A stretch of 64,000 nt of DNA, taken from positions 3,949,816-4,013,815 of the forward strand of contig NW_019091360.1 of assembly GCF_001949145.1 (NCBI RefSeq). The letters are read 5' to 3'. Below are positions 42,101 to 54,100 of this stretch, piece by piece. The position numbers were made by a program, and so were the translations under genes. How positions within the stretch are numbered: the first letter of the stretch is position 1; every line of letters starts with the position of its first letter. This DNA is from Acanthaster planci. Taxonomy: Eukaryota. Under the pieces are notes generated by a model, which ran no database searches, had not been told where the DNA came from, and saw only the letters and a list, made by a program, of their open reading frames with translations.

Positions 42101-45100
42101 GAAGTATGGACTAGGTTATGGGGTCGACATGGGAATTGCACACAATGATGATGTGGCATTCCTTCAGTATTTACTGTTGGAGCAAGTTGCTTGCACTCTC
42201 TCTGTATACATTGTCTCACATGCAACCTGAGTGTGTTCAGCCACTCTTGTAAAAAGGACAGACAGGGTACTGGACTATATGTACATTGTACTATCATATT
42301 GCAACCCATTGTAAGGACTTCCTATTGCACATGCTGTATCTGCTGTTCTTAATGTCCATAGTTGTTTGTTAATTGCGATGTTTAATTTTGTAGGATCCTG
42401 TTAATATACAGTTGTAGTTTAATAGACAGCAGGGGTACATTTACACCAGCAAGTATGCCATTAAGCACAGAAATGGGTGCATTGTACCAGACTTTATGGC
42501 CTCATCCCAACCCCAAGTGGATGACCTGAATGGTACGTACCTCTAGCTCACAGTGCCCATTCACAGACTTATTATGTCACGTCAGCCCGTGTAATCCTGT
42601 TAGTAGACTTCTTTCTGGGAAGGAGTGTGTTGCTTTTGTGATGGCTATTGATTGCTGGTTTACGTGTAGATGTAGGACAAAAGGGGAAAGTCTACGGAGT
42701 ATTGGTGATGTTCGTATGTAGCTGCCTCCGATATTACTAGAATAATCCTTACAGTGGCACTTTACTTCCTGATAGTATTTGAGCATTTAAGCCACCAGTA
42801 AATTTGAAACTTTTTTCTGGGTGCACCTTCCCCATTGAAATTTTGGTCTGGATAAAGATTATGTTCCAACTGTAGTTCAACAATTTGTGATTTCCCCCTG
42901 AAAAAAGTGTGCACCCCTTGGGTGCCCCCATTCCTTAGAAATTTCACTCCAGTTGCCCCACTGCCTTGAACTGACCCATCATCTTTTATGTTGACTGTAA
43001 TCCTGGAGAAAGTTTGCACAAGTTTGCTGAAGGAACAGCAGTTGACAATCTGGAACGAGCTTATGTAAGTTCATCAGTTAAAAGGATATCAAGGACTTCA
43101 CTGTTGGTAACGTGAGGAGAAATACAATGCAGTCCTCTATCAGCAAAGTTGTATGATTTTTCTCATGTCCTGGTAGGTTAAAGTTAATGAATTCTGTAAT
43201 GTAGTTTCCAGGTACTGTAAACACTTGGCAAATTAAATTTACTGGTAAACTGAGGGAAAAAGTAACTTTACATGCAAATTTCGGGAGCGCTTGCAACATC
43301 AAATTTCTCAATTTTCATGACTTTCATGTGAGTTACTCATGTTCAAAGTTTGAAACATGCTTTTCCTTGTGTAGTCAAATTCTTCCAACATTGGATGTTG
43401 AGGAAGTATCTTGTCTGTTAAGCACCTGCCCTACAAACCAGTTCCTCATAGTTATATTTCCAGTCAATATTTATTTATCCCCAGGCAAACATCACCCATC
43501 CCCATTCTGTTTGCAAAGTCTTGTGTATACATAGTTTACATGAGTATAGTCACTATGATCCTGGTCAATGGGCTTTCCAGGGGTTGTCTGGCAATCAGTT
43601 TCAGTTTTGTCACAGCAATAGGGATTTCATCCATGGCTCACTGACTGACAAATACCAGTGTTCTGTTCTTGCATGGCTGATGAACCCTGGTGATGTTGTG
43701 CTAAATGGTATTGTGCCCACGTAGCTTAATTTCCAACAATTACAATCGTAGCTTCCTGTGAGATCGAAACAAGCCGGATGCATTGTCAGATGCATCCTGT
43801 TTGACTCGTTTAACAGGAAGCATTTGAAAAAATTATAAACAAGGTAGTTGATTTAACTCCATTTTGTGATCCGACTATTCATCTGTATAGATTGATTCTG
43901 TTACTGTACAAGAAATCCTCTGTCATGTTGAGGTGCATTATTCATGTGTATGGTAAGACTAAATGAAGATGCGTGTTGAGACATGTTAGATGACTTGATT
44001 ATTACCATGACAATGGTTATATTGGCCTGGGAAGGGAATATGTCCGCTGTTCACTTCCTACACCTTACCTGAGGTTGTCATTGGGTTGTAAATATTAGGT
44101 TAGTAGACACAAATTTCTGTTCTTAAAAAGCTTTTTATTAAAACTTCTTTTAATGGTTTCTAGTCTGTTTTGTTTGGTTTGAGGGCAATTCTGTATCAGC
44201 AGCAATTTCTGTGACCATAAACACATGTGTATATGCACAAATGTGGTTAGGTGCCTGATCATATCAGTATATCAAAGACTGCCTTGCCAGAGGTGTATGT
44301 CATACTTTCCTTACTGAAGATCAGCCGTGTTTGTACATAGATTTTGTCAGCAGTAACTAGTTGTAAACAAATCTTCTCCTCCATTTGTACAGGACTCTTA
44401 CCGGATTGTTAGTTCTATTTATGGATAGACCGAGCACATGTGTTGTGTCAGGTTTTTTCTGGTTTTTTTTAGATGGAGGGGGGTCTCTGTCAGCATTGAA
44501 GGTAGGCTTTATCTGAACAATGAACTCTCACAAGCTCCAGTGGAGACAACACTTGATGACTTGCTGTCAATAAGGAACATTGTAGTTTCACTTCCTGTGC
44601 ACTTCTACGTGTGGGCATGACTGAATGTACTCCGAGAGATCACCTCATGGTTGGACGGCTGGCCGAGTTGGGCATGTTGTGTTGATGGATTCAGGTGTAC
44701 ATGTACGATACTGTGTAATTGGACTTGGGATCTCTTGTGATGCTCGGCATTGGTTCGTGCTTTAGTTATACATTCTGTCTGTGTCTGTACTCAGACATTT
44801 ACATGTGTGTACATGGTCTCTCAGGTTTACCAACTTTCAAGTAGGATTTGGTCTCAAACTTGAAGACTTAAGGAGAAAAATGCTGTCCAGTACTCGCATT
44901 GAAAGGAAATGATTTAAACAATTGCTCATGTGCAAAATGAGTATGCAGCTAGTACATGTATTAATTTCACATGAGCAGTTGTATATGTATTTATTTTACA
45001 TTCTAAGCCATATTGACTCGTGTGGAATGTGAATGAGCTGAAACTGAAATTGTGGTGAGACAATGGCTTTATTGCCGCTTTTGACAGTTTCATTGAACAA

Positions 45101-48100
45101 CTCTAATTGACATAGTGTCCCAAAACACCAACTTTGTGTACTTTGCATGCAGTCTAAATCTTAATTAGTTTGTGAGCACAAGTGAAGTACATGTACGCGT
45201 TACTGTTTGAGGGTACCTGGAAGGTGCTTCTGGTATCAGTTGGGATTAAATTGCAACATTGAAATACACTACAGGTTTGCTTGAACGCTCATCTGTACAT
45301 GTAATTACTTTGAGTAAATTGGTTGCAGCTGTGTTGCTAACTCTATCAGGTAGTGCTGTTGAGATGATGTAGTCACAGTTGTTATTTCAGTGCTGTATAT
45401 TCCTTAATGGTCTTCCCCATCTCAGTGTCAGCGGAGGTGAGCTCTTTGAGAGGATTGTATCTCGAGATCACATCACAGAGAGTGAGACGGTGTTCTTCAT
45501 CAAGCAAGTCATTGAGGGAGTCCATCACATGCATGAGAAGAATATAGTTCATCTGGATCTGAAGGTGGGTGATATCTGGTCAAGAAACAGAAAGCGTCAA
45601 GAACATTGGCTATCTACTCGTAGCGGGAACAAAAGAGGGTGTGTTTTTAAATGAAATTGACAGTCCTTTGGTACGAACTCACCACGTAGGTGCACAAGTT
45701 TATGCGTGTTTGACGCGGAGCACGTGCAACAAATTTATTCTGGAATGTATGGTCTTCGCGCGCACGCCGAATGTGAGTGCAAGAACCAAGTTGGAAAACT
45801 TTTTACCAGTCCGTCTTTCTTTCGCCGGTGAGGGTTCACTTCAAGTCAGGGTTAATAAAAGAGACCTACATGTATCCACTTGTTAAATGTCGAAGCTGGG
45901 AACACGTTTGCAAATATTCAGCTGAGTCTTCCAATTCAGCTTGATCAAAGTTGTCAGTGAGCTTTATTTTATGCCTGTTTGATCTACAGCCAGAACTACA
46001 ATCTAAAGTCAGAACTTTTTCAGTATTTGGCAAATCTAACTGTTGTTAAATAAAGCTAAATTTGGTAGGTATAGTCGGTAGGAGTTATTCACTCCATGAC
46101 TTTGTCAAAGACAACATGTCTGTGGTCTAGAGCTAGGTCCAGGTCTTCCCTCCATTGGAAATGTGCGGAGATGCGTAGACCATAGACCTAGCCGTAAAAC
46201 TGAAAGCCCATTTTGGACACGGCCTGTGACTTCATCACATCAGGCCAAGTCCTAACATATTGGAGTGGGCACAGTGTGCCTGTCAGAAAGAGCCATATTG
46301 GATTTGCTGCAAATATTCATTTGAATGCCTGCAAGGCATTTAGTTGACCTTTCACCATCACGTCCATAAGTTCAAGAATTCCTCTATCCATCTCCTCACA
46401 GCCTGAGAACATTCTCCTGGTGTCACCTGACTCGGATGACCTTAAGGTCATTGACTTCGGCTTGGCAAGAGTAGTGTCTCCGGACAGGGACGTCATATGC
46501 AAATTTGGCACCCCAGAATTTGTGGCCCCTGAGGTCGTCTGTAAGCAGCCGGTTTCTACTGCTTCAGATGTCTGGAGTATTGGTGTCATGGCTTACATTC
46601 TGTGAGTACATTTAGTGCTGTTTTGCACATCTGCTAAAAAGTCATTTAGAATGTTGTTGTCAGGGTGATGAATAAATATGCGGTTGCTGTTCTTTATGTA
46701 GATTGAGTGGAATGTCTCCCTTCATGGGCGACGATGACAAGCAGACATTAATGAAGGTCAAACGTGGTTACTGGGACTTTGATGATGAGGTTTGGGACAG
46801 CATTTCCGATGAAGCTAAGGAGTTTCTCAAAGCTGTCCTGGTGCTGGATCCAAAGTAAGATCTCAAGAATGAAAGTCTCAAGAAAATTAAATTGAGTAAA
46901 TCCTTTGTTTAAAAGAAATTACCCTACATCCATACACTTTTAATAGTCGACTGCATTTCTTCTGATGCATATGGGTAATACTTTCCAGATGCAGTCCAAG
47001 GTTTCAGATTTACATGTAGTTTTTCACAGAAGAGGGATCATTTTAGACACTGTTGTGAAGACAGTGAGGTTTGAAAACAACCAACATTAAATAGTCACCA
47101 TGGCAGCAAAAAGGTTTACTTGATCCTTTCAAAGTTCCAATTTCAAAGGAAATCTCTGTGATAGAGGGATGTTTCAATGAAGAATCCACTAGAATTTAGT
47201 TCCTAACTGACTACCACTGTACACTGTATGATAGAACAGGATTCATTGTGAAACTCCCTGCCAATGTGTCAGTCTGCTACCCGTATTTCCAGGCACTAAA
47301 AAAATGAGTTGAGACCTCTGTTTGTGAGAACAATAGTCCATGTAAAAATGATGCATTGGGCAAGGAAGACAGTGCTTTTTAGTTTTTACATGGTCAGTAT
47401 CTGCAGGTATAATAATACACTGTGTGATAAATATCCATGTCACAGTCCATGGTGATTGGTAACTTGTTCTCATTCCGTAAGTATTTCCTGTGCTGAGCAT
47501 ATTTTTCAGTAGAGCAATGCCGTGCAAAATACTGGTGTTGTTCATTCTTAACCAAGCTTAGTAGAGTAAGAGTTATCTCAAAATGTAACTTTCTTTTTCA
47601 GAAAAAGACTTTCGTTGGATCAGTGTTTGCAACATTCCTGGTTGAAGGTATGCATTGTGTTTAAAGAGAACGCATGTTACAACAGTTTTGGACAAACTTT
47701 TTCATGGAAAGGTATTGAATTTTATCACTGGCAGCTATCAAGAGATGGATAGCATCTCTGCCATCGAAGTGTTGAGATGGTGGTTAGCATTGATAAATGC
47801 TTGAGGAAACTACACTTTAACCTAGATGAAGGGCTTCAAGAAGACTTCACACCGTGTATAAACTTTGGAGTTGACTGTTTCAAGTGGTGACATTTAAATC
47901 TAAGTGAACTCAGTGGTATACCTGCTGGTTATAGTGGGGACAAAAATCTAGGAGTGACCTGCTGCAAACAGTGCAGTTGGAAGACTGGAAGAGTTAGGAA
48001 TCAGATAAACAGGTTGAACAACCATTCTCATGTGTTAGCCTTGTTAGGGAAAAACAACAGAGTTCTAAACACAACCATGTGTGTTTCTTTCAAAGTTATT

Positions 48101-51100
48101 TTCTCTCACTTTTTTTTGGGGGGGGGATTTAGAGAAGGGGTTCAAGGTCCCAAATTGACTGATATTTGAATCTTATTTACATCCTTGTCTTGTCTTGTCT
48201 CTTGTCACAGTTTGATGAACGTCATGACCAGGGTGTAGCTAAACTCAGTACACAGAGACTCAAGACATTCAATTCTCGACGGAAATGGCAGGTGAGTCTT
48301 GCAGTGCATCTTGGGATTGACTGGGGAGCAGTGGTATTTAGCTGTGTAGGTCTGCAGAGTGAGTCCTGGCTTTTGACTTGAGTTTTTCATGGATGCTTTG
48401 TCTTTGTCCATACATTCTTGTGTCATGTGGTAATATGACTTCTCAAGTGGTTCAGGTTTGGTTTAATACTTAGGGCTTGAGTTTGACTGTTGCGCTGAAT
48501 TGTTCTTAGTAATTATTGAATATTTTGATTTTTGTCTTGAATTCAATATGTTTCTGCTGTAGAAAGCACTAACAGCCGTGAAATCAGCAATGAGGTTGAG
48601 ACGTTTATCCAGCATAGCTGCAAGTGACATTAACGCCTTCAGACAACGACATCTACAAGGAAAGAGCCATGGCCAAAGCACTGACTCACAGAATAAAGAT
48701 GACAAAACCCCACAGGCTGATGGTGAGGGAAGGGATGACACACAGGGCGAGACAGGTATGGGGTATGGGTTTATGGTATGCACTGAGGAGGATGAGGCTG
48801 CTGGTATCCTGCCCCTGCCTTGTATTATTGATGACAGTATGGGCACCGATGATGATGAGAATCCTGCATGTCTGGTCGTCCCTTCCCTTATGGCACAAAG
48901 TTTTGTGGGTCACCCACTGCATGTTACCAGCACGCAGAGCACCAGCTGTGTTGGACTGTCCACCGAGACCACAGGTATGAGAATCTGTGATGTATCCCAC
49001 AGTGCATGTGTATGTCTGTACTGTGCATGTCATTTGGATAATCACCCTGCCAGTTTTGTTGAGCATGCTTGTTTGCATGAACTGTCCTGTGTACAGTGCT
49101 GTGATTGCAGGCAGACTGGTGTACCTTGGCAATTTGTGAAGAAATCTCAACCAAAAGATGGAGTACATTGTTGTAAAAATGCTGACTTAGAATCAGTTGA
49201 CAGTAAGTACATCACAGTTGATCAAGGTAACCGTGAGAGGCCAGACTCTGAGACCAGTGAGGACATCCCAGTTGATCAAGGTAACCGTGAGAGGCCAGAC
49301 TCTGAGACCAGTGANNNNNNNNNNNNNNNNNNNNNNNNNNNNNNNNNNNNNNNNNNNNNNNNNNNNNNNNNNNNNNNNNNNNNNNNNNNNNNNNNNNNNN
49401 NNNNNNNNNNNNNNNNNNNNNNNNNNNNNNNNNNNNNNNNNNNNNNNNNNNNNNNNNNNNNNNNNNNNNNNNNNNNNNNNNNNNNNNNNNNNNNNNNNNN
49501 NNNNNNNNNNNNNNNNNNNNNNNNNNNNNNNNNNNNNNNNNNNNNNNNNNNNNNNNNNNNNNNNNNNNNNNNNNNNNNNNNNNNNNNNNNNNNNNNNNNN
49601 NNNNNNNNNNNNNNNNNNNNNNNNNNNNNNNNTCAGTGAACGACAGAAATGTCTACCATCCAGCATGCCAGATGAAAAATGTATATCTACCTCGCTTACT
49701 TTATGCAGACTTTTAAGTCAGCTGGCATACTCACCTGAGGAATGTATGTCACTTCTTAGAGATTCCTTGCAAATGTTGTCGGAAACTAGAGATTGTGAGG
49801 AAATTGCTACCTATGATTTGGATAGAACTAAGATTGATGTAGTTAACAGTGCTGACTTAACTGCAGTGTTTTGTGAGAGAGAGATTCCTGTTGATAGTAT
49901 CTCAGTATCAGGGAATGATATTGTGATGGCACCGATGACTACCTTAGCAGGTTGTTACACTGAACGTGTGCCAGACTTGGATCTGGGCGCTGTCCCACCG
50001 AGTGAGGCATCTGCTGAACTAACCCAGATGGAACGTGAGAATGGTGTAACAGACGAGACAGTGTTCACATTTGATGTTGGAGTGAATGGAGAAATGAGCA
50101 ATGGGAAGGAAAATGAAGGCATCCAAGCCTGTGCCATGTCTGCTGGTAAAGAAGAACCAGTCAAGAGGAAGATCGGGAAAATTGGCTGGAGCTCAATTCT
50201 TGGTAACATAGGGAAAAATGTCCCGGCTCAGACTTCAGAAGCTCAGGAGATGAGTGGTGTTGAGAACAGTCCTGAGAAACCAGTTCACCCAGGTACGTTA
50301 GCCTTCTCCAAACGCAAATGGTCCAAATCCAAACTTGTGCTTCCATCCTCACTTCGACGGATCCAGGAAAACCGAGCTCTCTCAACGGAAGAAGTGCCAC
50401 CAGCTAGTTCATCTAATCCTGAAAAGCAGGCATTAGACCACAACTCCAATAACTCAACCCCCCTTCCCAGGAGACTCTCCAGTAAATGGTCTAAAGAATC
50501 AATGGACTCTGTGGATTTTGGAGATGAGGAAGAGATTGAGGTGGAGGAACATGTGAGCGTTTCACCGGAAGTCATGGCTGTCGATTCACGTCATTCTGCT
50601 GAAAAGAAGCGATGGAACTTAAGAAATGAAGGCGCATCCTCCGCACAGATCTTTGGCAAGGAGCCCCAACCAAAACTGGTCGGCATCACTGAGCTCATGT
50701 TGAAGATCAACCGCGATAACAAGAGGAAGGAGTCTGAGAAGAATGGAGCCAGCCCACTTGATCCACAGAGACTCTCACCGACTGATGGAGCTTCTCTCAC
50801 AGTTGGGACGAGTCCTGAAGTGGGCCGACTCAGAGCGGTCTCATTCAATACCAGCCAGGAAATTGAGGTCAAAGGTCATCTGGATTTCCTTGTCTGTAAA
50901 GTGGATGATCGTCTGAACTTGGGACGAATTGAAACATGGATGTTGCTGAGATACAATCAATTGGTTCGATTCATCGCTGGTGTAATCATTGGCATGTTCT
51001 TTGCTGTCGTCTGTCGTATAATATTCTGAGGAACACTTACCAGGGCTGTGCTCTTTCTCCTATTTTGGGTCAAAATTCAAAGTAAAAACTACCAAGTAGT

Positions 51101-54100
51101 AATTTACTGTGAGGTGAGATGGTGCTGTTCCAATGTATATTTTTAGTTTTGTACACAGGAAAAGGAGGGAAAATTATGAGAGAATAATGGCACTGAAATG
51201 ATACCTTTCTAACAATGAGAGAATTGTGATACATGAGTGTCCACAACCTTGCAATGTTTCTATCATTTGCAAGACAAAGAAGACACAAACAGCATTCCAA
51301 ATTAAGCATGCATTAAGTGCTCCCAGTGACTACTGTTTATGTTTAGCCCGATGAACATGCGATGGGTCTTAATACTGGAGGTATGATAGTTTATTCCCTG
51401 AGGTGTCGTATTCCCTTGACATACTGAATCAAAGTCTCAATTACAGGAACTATTGATGGAGTATTCAGTGTATGAATGGGAGCAATGAATGATATGCCGT
51501 ACACAGTCGAGTTGTGTATTTTTAGTTCAAACTGATATATTAAGATGCACCTGTCATCGTTTCTCCACTGTTACAAACTCATCTAGAATATGCAGTGCAG
51601 CTGATGGGGAAAAAGAAGCCTGACTTCTCTTGTAATATCGTGAAGTCGGAAAATTGATTATAATACTGACTTTGCCATTGACATGGCATTGAGCAGAGAA
51701 GTTGCATTAAAATTATGCGTCCAAAGTAAACAGTGTATAGTCCTGATGAACTGATCAGAAATGTTAATTGATTAGCATGTGGGTTGCAAGTGTAACTTTA
51801 TTTATTTTGTAGAATTAATGCTATTAAATTGTATGATTAAAATGCCTGCACATTCACTTTAGATAGATATAAACTATTTACTTCTGACCAGTTAACAGGT
51901 GTCTTACTAATTGTGACACTATTTATTCCTACTATTTCTGGAAATGGCCAGCCTGTGAGAAGTACTTTTACAGTTTGTATCCCATTTTTTTTTTAGCTGT
52001 TGAGCACAGATACCTCCAAAAGCAGTTTTTCAAACAAAATGTTGGGGGTGTATCACGGATATTACTAGAAATCTGTTCCCAGCTGAACTGCTTTAATTTG
52101 TTGAGTAACATTTTTGTTCCACGAAACTGGGCCAAATTGGTGAATTTAATTTGTTTCTGGTTGCAAATCATAAAATACATGTCAAATAAAATCCAACACC
52201 AGAGGATTTCATAATGTGGAGGTGAGACAGTACACTGAAAGTGAGATTTCATTCCTTGCCATTGACTGCTTTTACAGTTAATTTATGAAACAAATGCGAT
52301 GAATGTGTACCATATATATGTATTACAAATGTTGGAATTCCCACAAAAATGAAATTACTGACAGTGGGGATACTTCCTGACAGTGATGTTGTTTGTCAGA
52401 CTTTCGAACATGCATAAACTTTATTTTTTGTGCTATTTGTGTTGGGGTGTTTGTGAGAAATTGTCTTAGAAACTTGCTTATGCTAACATAAATTTTGAAA
52501 TATTGATCATTGCTTACTAGAAGATATTCCCATTTTTGGGAGGTTCAGTGTTTTTTCATGAACCTTGAATTCACACTCCATTTAAAAATCTACCTGAGAA
52601 AAAGAACTCGAATATTGATTCTAATTTTGTCAAAGTTAAATTTTGTCAAATTTATTCAGATATTGTTGGTGATCTTACACTTTGTTGAAATAGAAATCAT
52701 CATCCCATTGATTATGACTTGTAGTGAATGTTGCTGTTATTTAATATCTGGGTTAAATGGACTACCTTCCAAGGTACTTATTTCTACTTTTGTATTTTTG
52801 TACAATTTCAGAATAAAAAAATTTAGCATGCATGCGGCATCTGTACTTTTTAATATAATATTTGTGCATTAGTTGCTGTGTGGTTTCTTATTTTCATCTA
52901 TGATTTCAGTTATTCCAAAGCACATGTGGCCTTTTGTTCAGTACTCATGCAAATGTTTATTGAGAAATGTTACACTGTGAAATCATAGCCAGCCATGCAA
53001 GGTTTGTTGTACTAACAGGAAAACAGTAACAAGCCAGCAGGTTGAGTTGTGAACTGTTTCATGTGAATTGTTACTTACGTGTGGATGTCGTTTTGACCTA
53101 ATACCAGCCAGCTATCTGGATTGAGGAAACCAGTCTAAACCGGTAATGATTCAGTTTTGATTCTACTTGTTCTGGTTTGTTTTTTTTTGATTTACTGCAC
53201 AGTTGATTGGAATAACATTAAGCAGGATGATATGTTTTAACAGAACTATCTGTGATTTTGTTTTGTTTTTGAAAAATCATACATGAGATGAGCATAGCAA
53301 GATGAGCATAGTCAAACGTTTGGATCAAATTTAGAATCTAACGAAAATGTATATGTAATGGAGAAAATTAATCGTGCATTGATTATTAAGGGCAATCATT
53401 GAAAGAAAAACAGATTTCATTACCATTGAAATACATGTATATTCACAAAATATACAAATTTATAGCCTCCTTATGCTGTGTGCTCAGTGGGAGTGCTTGC
53501 TAAGGGTATGTGAGGAAATCTCAACATGACTAGGTCCTGTGTCATTTGGAGAAATATCCACGCATTATGTTTTTCAATTCGTCATTTATGCTTCTCAGAA
53601 AGTCCTCCAGTTTTCTCCATCCATCTCCAAGAAGTCATCACCACTGGGGGCAATGACCTCCAGCTGACCTGCAATGTCAAAGGTCATCCTCTGCCAACAT
53701 TTACCTGGTTGCACAATGACAAGGAGCTGGTGGGAGGCAAACGTATACAGCTGACGTCAGATGGGAAAGGTCAAGGGTCACTGGTTATCATGCGAGTTGA
53801 GGATGAAGAGGCCGGGATGTATAAATGCATTGCCACAAATAAGCAAGGGAGTGCTACAAGTTGTGCCAAGGTTACTATTTTCGGTGAGTAGACCTTCCTT
53901 GGTAATTTACCTACAATTACATGATATCTCTCTCATAAGCACAATGCTGTAGTCATAGGCCCCATGCCATTGATAAAACATAGGCATGTAGTTCTTGATA
54001 TTTGTGGCAATTTTGACAGGGCATGACCAAAGGTGTAACCTGGGGTCCCCTCCCCCAACGGCTGTGCCTCTCCTCCCCCTGTGACCTCCCACTCCCCAGG

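Noticed and set aside
51012..51029. C-terminal CRIIF as a CaaX prenylation motif
   Set aside because: The Cys is fifth from the end, not fourth.
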